Shown here: positions 1 through 5,820 of the stretch, piece by piece
Layout of the letters: each line of letters starts with the position of its first letter
Numbering within the stretch: position 1 is the stretch's first letter
Origin: a virus
IMG/VR virus record: IMGVR_UViG_3300045988_106984
Direction: 5' to 3' (one strand)
DNA: 16,464 nt
Notes under the pieces: model-generated
Databases searched by the model: none
The model's input: only the letters and a program-made list of their open reading frames with translations
Told to the model about the DNA's origin: nothing
Translations under genes and position numbers: made by a program

Positions 1-119
1 TAAAGTTTTATGTGAGTATTTCAATGGTTCAACAACTAGAACTGGGTTATGTGTAGTTTCAGAAGATAGAGTTATTGAAGTATTAGGGTTAAACAACTAT
101 GACGGAAAACGGGTTCTTG
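1..119. repeat. Left inverted terminal repeat (ITR), 119 bp
   Basis: The reverse complement of 16346-16464 is identical to 1-119. Identity ends at position 120 (c here versus t in the reverse-complemented right end). ITRs are the hallmark of protein-primed linear genomes. Confidence 0.95.
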
Positions 120-178
120 CTATGATGTACGAATTAAAATTAACAGAACGTCAGAACGGAATGGTAGTAATTTAATAA

Positions 179-194
179 TGTTTCACATGAAACA
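179..194. promoter_or_regulatory. Palindromic motif copy 1 (TGTTTCACATGAAACA), candidate operator
   Basis: Near-perfect 16-bp palindrome 29 nt upstream of the first early gene's ATG (223). It is one of four copies in the window. Confidence 0.5.
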
Positions 195-222
195 AATTAA
201 AACAGAAAAAGGAGAAAAAATA

Positions 223-375
223 ATGCGAAAACAGTATATTAAAATTGGAAATGAACTATTTGAATTGAAAGAAAGTGTAGCATTTACACGAATTTATAAA
301 ACATTGAACGATTGTTACACAAGACCTAGTAATACAAAAAAGAAATTTATGATTTTTGGCTTAAATGGTTTATGA
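223..375 (+). CDS. Hypothetical early protein (probably the N-terminal fragment of a disrupted ~100-aa gene)
   Basis: ATG 223 is preceded by AAAGGAG at about 8 nt. The track's ATG 178 has no RBS and lies inside the palindrome. The frame ends at TGA 373-375. Confidence 0.5.
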   Translation: MRKQYIKIGNELFELKESVAFTRIYKTLNDCYTRPSNTKKKFMIFGLNGL

Positions 376-520
376 AAATAGTAATAACACACTAGATTTT
401 ATTACTATTTATAGTTATAATACTTATATGTTTACTTTAGTTGGGTCAATTGAAATTAATAATGTAAAGTATAGATTTTATATTACACCATTTCATAATT
501 TAATAGCAAAAGAAAAATAA
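365..520 (+). CDS. Hypothetical protein fragment (probable C-terminal part of the same disrupted gene)
   Basis: 51-codon ORF (MVYENSNNTLDFITIYSYNTYMFTLVGSIEINNVKYRFYITPFHNLIAKEK) overlapping the preceding ORF, with no RBS of its own. It is below the track's length cutoff. Confidence 0.3.
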   Translation: MVYENSNNTLDFITIYSYNTYMFTLVGSIEINNVKYRFYITPFHNLIAKEK

Positions 521-533
521 TAGGAGAAAAAAT

Positions 534-803
534 ATGGTTAAAATTTATGAGGTAGATACAAAAAATAGCTTACACGATATAATGTTTGACGCATGGGAGC
601 AACATCCAATAGTATTTATCAATGGAATACCGTATAGAACATTATTGATGACACTTGCGTATGATTTTGAAAATGATAGTTATGAAATCTATAAAAAGAG
701 CGACAGTTGTTTAGAGTTGCCGATTGCAGTTTATACTGCACAAGACATTAAAGAAGTAATTGCTTACGAAAAGATTACTAAGTTTTCACGTGAAACAGAT
801 TGA
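534..803 (+). CDS. Hypothetical early protein (89 aa, acidic)
   Basis: ORF with AGGAG RBS 8 nt upstream. Tightly packed in the + strand early block. No recognisable motifs. Confidence 0.7.
   Translation: MVKIYEVDTKNSLHDIMFDAWEQHPIVFINGIPYRTLLMTLAYDFENDSYEIYKKSDSCLELPIAVYTAQDIKEVIAYEKITKFSRETD
782..797. promoter_or_regulatory. Palindromic motif copy 2 (GTTTTCACGTGAAACA)
   Basis: 12-bp perfect core TTTCACGTGAAA at the 3' end of the 534-803 gene, 19 nt upstream of ATG 816. Confidence 0.45.
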
Positions 804-815
804 AAGGAGTGCAAT

Positions 816-1037
816 ATGAAATTATCATTTTTATTAGAAAATTACCGTGAAATTTATTCTATAACGTTTAAAGATAAAACATATGCTTTATTTGAATACC
901 GTGAATATAACCCATATATTAAACGTTTAGTTGTAAATGTAAACGATTTGGTATTTACACAGGTAGATAATTGTCCGTTTACTGACTACGTTTATTGCCC
1001 AAAATGTCATCAATGGAGAGAATTAGAAAGGGGTTGA
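816..1037 (+). CDS. Hypothetical early protein (73 aa, C-terminal CPxxxxxxCPKCH motif)
   Basis: ORF with AAAGGAG RBS. It has a Cys/His cluster near the C-terminus and no family is recognised. Confidence 0.7.
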   Translation: MKLSFLLENYREIYSITFKDKTYALFEYREYNPYIKRLVVNVNDLVFTQVDNCPFTDYVYCPKCHQWRELERG

Positions 1038-1042
1038 AAAAT

Positions 1043-1321
1043 ATGATTATAGTTAAAGCAGTAAGAACAGTGTTTATAGCGCAAGGGCATATTGATTTTG
1101 GTGGAACGCCTAACGACCGTACTATAACAAAAGAATTTATATATGATTCTGAAAAAATACCGAGTTCTAAAGATTTATTAAATTTTTCTAATCGGAATAT
1201 AGAACATGTCAATTTTAATAAAATTGTTTCACGTGAAACATACGAAATAAAATTATCAATGACATTTAATGAGTTTTATAAATTTGCACACGAAAATAAT
1301 ATAAAGAAAAAGGAGATATAA
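1043..1321 (+). CDS. Hypothetical early protein (92 aa)
   Basis: In-frame ATG 1043 has an AAAGGGG RBS at about 8 nt. The track's start at 995 has none and overlaps the previous gene. Confidence 0.65.
   Translation: MIIVKAVRTVFIAQGHIDFGGTPNDRTITKEFIYDSEKIPSSKDLLNFSNRNIEHVNFNKIVSRETYEIKLSMTFNEFYKFAHENNIKKKEI
1225..1240. promoter_or_regulatory. Palindromic motif copy 3 (TGTTTCACGTGAAACA, perfect 16-bp palindrome)
   Basis: Perfect palindrome inside the 1043-1321 gene. Confidence 0.45.
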
Positions 1322-1322
1322 T

Positions 1323-1559
1323 ATGTTTAATTTAACCAACTTTACATCCGCATTAAACGATATGGGAGTTAAGATATCAATACCATTTGACGATTTTTCT
1401 GTTTGGTTATTTAAAGGAAAATATGATATAACACTTACAAAACAAGAAATTGATAAATTAATGAAAGAACTAGGTGTAGATAGTGCAATACAAATTATAG
1501 GATTACTAGCAATAGCAAAAGGTGAAGTAGAAAAAATAAAAGAAAGAAAACTGATATAG
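1323..1559 (+). CDS. Hypothetical early protein (78 aa)
   Basis: ORF with AAAAAGGAG RBS, abutting the previous stop codon. Confidence 0.7.
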   Translation: MFNLTNFTSALNDMGVKISIPFDDFSVWLFKGKYDITLTKQEIDKLMKELGVDSAIQIIGLLAIAKGEVEKIKERKLI

Positions 1560-1613
1560 AAAATTAAAATATTGTTAAAAAATTAACTAGCGTACCAGAA
1601 AAGGAGAAAAACA

Positions 1614-1883
1614 ATGACAGTTAAAGTAGAAAAAACAATGTCAGCATTTTTTGCAAATAAGGTTAGAAAAGCATTACACAAAAAAATTAAAGGCTATTCA
1701 AAATGTTGGGTACAGGACGACGTTTTGATTGCTGATATTCAACCCTTAGGCATTTACACATACCATTTCACAATATCGGAAATATCCAATCACATTTCCC
1801 ACGGCTTAACCGCCGAACAGGTTTCAAAAGATATTATAAAGGGCTACAGAGATTATATATTATCCGAGCATTTTTTTAAATAA
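1614..1883 (+). CDS. Hypothetical early protein (89 aa, basic N-terminus)
   Basis: ORF with AAAAGGAG RBS. Confidence 0.7.
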   Translation: MTVKVEKTMSAFFANKVRKALHKKIKGYSKCWVQDDVLIADIQPLGIYTYHFTISEISNHISHGLTAEQVSKDIIKGYRDYILSEHFFK

Positions 1884-1895
1884 TCAAATAAAGTA

Positions 1896-1924
1896 TTGAC
1901 ATTTATAACAAAATAAGGTATTAT
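1896..1924 (+). promoter_or_regulatory. Consensus sigma-A-type promoter for the leader RNA and replication operon
   Basis: TTGACA (1896-1901), 17-nt spacer, TATTAT (1919-1924). The -35 context TATTGACATTT is shared with the late promoter at 7056-7066. Confidence 0.8.
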
Positions 1925-1999
1925 ATAAGAGTAATGAGGAACAACAAGTTACATTTGCCACAGGTGTGGCGGTATTCAATCCGCCCACCTCTACCCCAT

Positions 2000-2118
2000 G
2001 AATAGGTAGCAAAGAGGTAATGCGCCGTTAATGTCATATATTGATATTTTCATGTAGTGTAAATTTACACTAAGGTCGAGGACATCGGTTATCGTGGGTT
2101 CAAATCCCACCCTATTCA
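2000..2118 (+). ncRNA. tRNA-like RNA with an expanded arm instead of an anticodon stem-loop (not a canonical tRNA)
   Basis: Acceptor GAATAGG (2000-2006) pairs with CCTATTC (2111-2117). T8 and A9 are present. The D arm is GCA/TGC with loop equivalents of A14, R15, G18, G19 and A21. The T arm is GTGGG-TTCAAAT-CCCAC (2094-2110). There is a 5-nt variable loop. Positions 2025-2088 form a 64-nt extended arm with no 7-nt anticodon loop. No credible ORF lies in 1884-2181. Confidence 0.6.
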
Positions 2119-2181
2119 ATCCCTCATAAGAGGGTAGTTGCATAAAAATACAAAAAATCTTAAAGAAAAAGGAGAAAAATT

Positions 2182-2499
2182 ATGGCAAGATTACCAATGG
2201 TTACAAGAACCATCACAACAACAAAAGTAAACTTAATGTGTTTAGACATTGAACACGCAGAACCATGCAACAGGGTTATTACAATCCCACGTACCTACAA
2301 AGATGAGGAAACAATTCTGAAAAAGGTAAAACCTCTTTTAGAAACCGAAACACTTAAAGTAGTGCATGTAGTAGGCACTGAAACAGAAGAAACACTTTAC
2401 GGTATGACCGAACAGGAGTTTGTAGAGTTTGCACACCCCCTGTTAGATAGAACAGGAAAAACAGAAGAAGCAACAGAACCAGAAACAGAAAACGAATAA
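2182..2499 (+). CDS. Histone-like dsDNA-binding protein, phi29 p6-like
   Basis: 105 aa, close to phi29 p6 size. The N-terminal RTITTTKVNL resembles p6 REITKTTVNV as I recall it. There is a central VVxV...E..Y motif and an acidic C-terminal tail (TEEATEPETENE). It is the first gene of the replication operon, as in phi29 order 6-5-3-2. Confidence 0.6.
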   Translation: MARLPMVTRTITTTKVNLMCLDIEHAEPCNRVITIPRTYKDEETILKKVKPLLETETLKVVHVVGTETEETLYGMTEQEFVEFAHPLLDRTGKTEEATEPETENE

Positions 2500-2520
2500 T
2501 TAAAAGGAGAATAGAAAATT

Positions 2521-2877
2521 ATGATTACAATTAAAAAAACATCAAGAGAGTTTACACCAGTTGAAAAGTATCTTATGACAACATCTCCCGATATTACATC
2601 AATGAAAGATGTAGCAGACGGTGAAAAAATCACAGTTGACGGTTATCTCACATTTGATGATGTGAAAGAAAAAACAGGTGAAGTTGTAGAGGTGTTGAGC
2701 ATTATCACACCAGATAAAAAAGTTTACAGCTGTCAGTCAGCAACTTTCAAACGTTCAATCAGTGATATTAATGATGTAATGGAAACCACACCATTTACAG
2801 TTATCAAAATTAGTGGTAAAACAAAAGCGGGGAGAGATTTTATCAACTGTGTTCTTGATGTAGAATCAATCAGATAA
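2521..2877 (+). CDS. Single-stranded DNA-binding protein, phi29 p5-like
   Basis: 118 aa (phi29 p5 is about 124 aa). Its position lies between the p6-like and terminal protein genes. The pattern DG..I...........G......V.TI...DG..YS..S......... matches my recollection of p5. Confidence 0.55.
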   Translation: MITIKKTSREFTPVEKYLMTTSPDITSMKDVADGEKITVDGYLTFDDVKEKTGEVVEVLSIITPDKKVYSCQSATFKRSISDINDVMETTPFTVIKISGKTKAGRDFINCVLDVESIR

Positions 2878-2891
2878 AGTTGATTTTAACA

Positions 2892-2914
2892 GGGGGGGCA
2901 ACCCCCCTTATTTT
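2892..2914 (+). terminator. Rho-independent terminator/attenuator between the SSB and terminal protein genes
   Basis: G7 (2892-2898), CAA, C6 (2902-2907) hairpin followed by TTATTTTATT. Confidence 0.6.
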
Positions 2915-2931
2915 ATTAAAGGGGTGAAATT

Positions 2932-3678
2932 ATGGCAAAGAAACGGAAACAAACAGAAACAGAAAAGTTATACTCAAAACAACTAAAAAGAATCAAACAA
3001 TTTATTCGTCGAGCAGAAAAACGCGGATTTATATTTAAAGAAGATATAATCCCACAAAAGCCTAAAAAAGTAACAAAAGCAAGTGTAAGAAAATTAGAGA
3101 AATTAACGCCAGAAAAGTTATATAAAAAATCGTTATATGTAGAAGAATCGACAGGTGAAATTGAAGAAGCACAGAAAAGACGAAAAGAAGAAAGAAAACA
3201 AAGTGCTAGAAAAGCCGTTAAAACTAAAAAAGAAAGACAGAAACAACGCCGTAGTTGGTCTTTTAAAGATGCAGAAAAACACCGCGAGCAACTACCATCA
3301 GAGGGAAAAGAGGTCTTTAAAAATATAATAGATGATTTTGTAAGTAGATTACAAATTGATACAAGTTGGGTAGGAAGAAAAAGGCGCAGACCTGTAGCAC
3401 TACAAGAAACTATACGTTCACAAAGTTTATTATTGAGTTTAATCAATCAGCAAATAGCGTTATTTGGTGAAGAAGAAATCGGAAATAGATTACAAGCAAA
3501 CTCAGATAAACTGACAGAACTAATAACTATAGTATTATGGGACAGTAAAGCGGAAGCAATACAGTCAGCAACTCGATTATTTATGGAAACATTAATAGGT
3601 AATAGTTTAACGCCCTCACAGTTACAAGATTTAGATTTAGAATCAGAATATAATGAGGATTTTGAACAACCAGAATGA
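2932..3678 (+). CDS. Terminal protein (replication primer), phi29 gp3-like
   Basis: 248 aa (phi29 TP is 266 aa), directly upstream of the DNA polymerase with an ATGA overlap. The N-terminal half is highly basic, with Y..QLKRIKQFIRRAEKRG resembling phi29 EYARLVKNTKAKIARTKKKYG. The C-terminus is acidic. Confidence 0.65.
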   Translation: MAKKRKQTETEKLYSKQLKRIKQFIRRAEKRGFIFKEDIIPQKPKKVTKASVRKLEKLTPEKLYKKSLYVEESTGEIEEAQKRRKEERKQSARKAVKTKKERQKQRRSWSFKDAEKHREQLPSEGKEVFKNIIDDFVSRLQIDTSWVGRKRRRPVALQETIRSQSLLLSLINQQIALFGEEEIGNRLQANSDKLTELITIVLWDSKAEAIQSATRLFMETLIGNSLTPSQLQDLDLESEYNEDFEQPE

Positions 3679-5663
3679 AACAACGTGAATATCGTTATTT
3701 TATGGGAGATTTTGAAACAACTGTGTACAAGGGGCAAGTAAACACAGAAGTGTGGGCTAGTGCGCTTGTAGAGTTATTTACCGATAAAGTCACAATTCTG
3801 CATAGCATAGCCGAAACTTTTGATTATTTAGTATCATTAAATTGCAACGTTGTTGTTTATTATCACAACTTAAAATTTGATGGTGCTTTTTGGTTATCAT
3901 ATTTATTAGTTGATAAAAAATTTACACAGGCATATGACAAAATTGGAGACAAAGAAACTGACGTAAAATGGAAACAGCAATTTAAAATGTTTAACAATAC
4001 CTTTAAATACTCCATATCTGATAGAGGGATGTGGTATTCTATCATAGTAAAGGTAAAAAATCATTTTATAGAAATACGTGATTCTCTTAAACTTTTACCT
4101 TTTTCAGTTAAAAGAATAGGTGAAAGTTTTGGTACAAAGCATAAAAAATTAGATATGGAATATACAGGTTTTCGGTATGCTGGCTGTGATATAACAAAAG
4201 AAGAACAAGAGTATATAGCGAATGACGTTCTTGTAGTGAAAGAAGCCTTAGAAATTATGTTTAAACAGGGGCATAACAAATTAACTATAGGTTCATGCTG
4301 TTTGGAAGAATATAAAAAAATATGCCGGTCATCTTTAGAAATTCAATTAGATTACACCGAAATGTTTCCTAATCTATATGATTTTAAAATTGATAAACAA
4401 GAACACAAATATGATAATGCTGGTGATTGGTTACGGAAATCATATAGGGGTGGCTGGTGCTATTTAGTAAAAGGAAAAGAAAACAAAATAAAAACGAATG
4501 GGACAACGGCTGATGTAAATTCTCTTTACCCCTCTATGATGAGTAGTAAAAGTGGAAATAAATATCCTATAGGTTTACCAAAATTTTGGACTGGAAATTT
4601 TATTCCAGAAGAAGCGCTAAAAGAAAATATGTATTACTTTGTAAGAATAAAAACAAGGTTTTACATAAAAGACAACTATTTGCCATTTATTCAAGTAAAG
4701 GGGGATTTAAAATATAAAGGTACAGAATCACTAGAAGATAGCGACGTATATAACCATGAAAACGGTCAAAAGTTTCCGTATTACATAGATAAAAACGGAA
4801 ATATACAACAGGCTAAAGTTGAACTAACTTTAACCATGACAGATTATCAACTAATAAAAGAGCACTATGAGTTAGTTGATTTTGAAATTATTGATGGCTG
4901 TTACTTTTATTCTATGGTTGGTATTTTTGACGAATACATCAACAAATACGCTAAAATAAAAAAGGAAAGTAAAGGTGCGTTAAGAGAGTTAGCAAAGCTA
5001 TTTTTAAATAACCTATATGGGAAAATGGCAAGTAGCACCGATTCTTCTTTTAAGATTGCATACGTTAAAGACGATAAATCTATAGGATTTATGCAAGTAG
5101 TAGAAAACGAAAAGAAGCCGGGTTATATTGCTATAGGATCTGCTATTACATCATATTCAAGAAATTTTACAATACGAGCTGCACAGAAAAATTATTATGG
5201 AGCAGAAAAAAGGGGGTTTATATACGCAGATACAGACAGCATACATTGTGATTTATTACCGCAAGAAATAAAAGGAATTGAAGTAGACGACAAAGAATTT
5301 TGTTGCTGGAAATTAGAAAGTTGTTGGGATAAAGCTATATTTACAAGGCAGAAAACTTATATTGAACACGTTACACACGAAAATCTTATACCATTAGAAG
5401 AAAGTAAACAATACAACAATATTAAATGTGCTGGTATGCCGAAAAAATGCAAAAATTTGTTTGAAATATCTATGCAAGGTACAGCTGATGTAAATGAAAA
5501 CTGGAGTGATGAAGAAAAAGAATTTTTATTTGATAAAAACAACAAGCCGATTGTTAGAGATTATAGCGACTTTAAAGTTGGGTTGAAAGTGCCAGATAAG
5601 CTTAGACCAATTCGTATACGTGGAGGCGTATTACTTGTGAATACTACTTATGAAATGAGGTAA
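3675..5663 (+). CDS. Protein-primed family-B DNA polymerase, phi29 gp2-like
   Basis: Motifs present: ExoI DFETT; ExoII YHNLKFDGAF; ExoIII YIANDV; motif A DVNSLYPSMM; motif B KLFLNNLYGKMAS; motif C YADTDSIH; KxY RQKTYIE. All closely match phi29 polymerase motifs. Confidence 0.97.
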   Translation: MKQREYRYFMGDFETTVYKGQVNTEVWASALVELFTDKVTILHSIAETFDYLVSLNCNVVVYYHNLKFDGAFWLSYLLVDKKFTQAYDKIGDKETDVKWKQQFKMFNNTFKYSISDRGMWYSIIVKVKNHFIEIRDSLKLLPFSVKRIGESFGTKHKKLDMEYTGFRYAGCDITKEEQEYIANDVLVVKEALEIMFKQGHNKLTIGSCCLEEYKKICRSSLEIQLDYTEMFPNLYDFKIDKQEHKYDNAGDWLRKSYRGGWCYLVKGKENKIKTNGTTADVNSLYPSMMSSKSGNKYPIGLPKFWTGNFIPEEALKENMYYFVRIKTRFYIKDNYLPFIQVKGDLKYKGTESLEDSDVYNHENGQKFPYYIDKNGNIQQAKVELTLTMTDYQLIKEHYELVDFEIIDGCYFYSMVGIFDEYINKYAKIKKESKGALRELAKLFLNNLYGKMASSTDSSFKIAYVKDDKSIGFMQVVENEKKPGYIAIGSAITSYSRNFTIRAAQKNYYGAEKRGFIYADTDSIHCDLLPQEIKGIEVDDKEFCCWKLESCWDKAIFTRQKTYIEHVTHENLIPLEESKQYNNIKCAGMPKKCKNLFEISMQGTADVNENWSDEEKEFLFDKNNKPIVRDYSDFKVGLKVPDKLRPIRIRGGVLLVNTTYEMR

Positions 5664-5667
5664 AAAT

Positions 5668-5817
5668 ATGACATGTGGTGAGTTATTAGGTTTTCTAATA
5701 GAAGAATGTGATAACACAGACTGTGAGCATTGCGTTTTAGAGGAAACATGCAAAGAGTACAACACAACGCCAGAAAAAACTAAAGAGTATTTAATAAAAT
5801 GTGAAAAAGAAATATAA
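5668..5817 (+). CDS. Small Cys-rich hypothetical protein (49 aa, 6 Cys)
   Basis: ATG 5668 is preceded by GAGGT at about 8 nt. Product: MTCGELLGFLIEECDNTDCEHCVLEETCKEYNTTPEKTKEYLIKCEKEI. It ends just before the terminator and is below the track's length cutoff. Confidence 0.5.
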   Translation: MTCGELLGFLIEECDNTDCEHCVLEETCKEYNTTPEKTKEYLIKCEKEI

Positions 5818-5820
5818 AAT

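Noticed and set aside
179-194. Interpreting the palindrome as a cre (CcpA), CodY, Rex or LexA site
   Set aside because: The half-site order and spacing do not fit those consensus sequences as I know them. For example, cre is TGAAA..CG..TTTCA and Rex is GTGAA-N-TTCAC, which are the opposite arrangement.
178-222. Track start codon ATG 178 for the first gene (MFHMKQIKTEKGEKI...)
   Set aside because: It has no RBS, and the ATG lies inside the repeated palindrome (the same ATGTTTCACATGAAACAA occurs non-codingly at 9178). ATG 223 has a canonical AAAGGAG RBS.
995-1042. Track start at 995 for the 995-1321 ORF
   Set aside because: It has no RBS and overlaps the preceding gene by 43 nt. In-frame ATG 1043 has an RBS and starts just after the upstream stop codon.
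979-1212. Minus-strand ORF 979-1212
   Set aside because: It overlaps two RBS-supported + strand genes, has no RBS and has low-complexity hydrophobic content.
2000-2118. Calling this a bona fide tRNA gene
   Set aside because: It is 119 nt long, has no 5-bp stem/7-nt anticodon loop and no U33-anticodon arrangement, so no isotype can be assigned. It is reported only as tRNA-like.
2397-2633. Minus-strand ORF 2397-2633
   Set aside because: It spans the p6-like/SSB intergenic RBS region in antisense and has no RBS.
2916-3737. Minus-strand ORFs 2916-3446 and 3447-3737
   Set aside because: They are antisense shadows of the Lys/Glu-rich terminal protein gene, have a Ser/Phe/Leu/Cys-rich composition and lack an RBS. 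The + strand gene is supported by synteny and coupling to the polymerase.
3863-5545. Minus-strand ORFs 3863-4045, 4061-4279 and 5357-5545
   Set aside because: All three lie inside the DNA polymerase gene, whose frame is proven by its conserved motifs.
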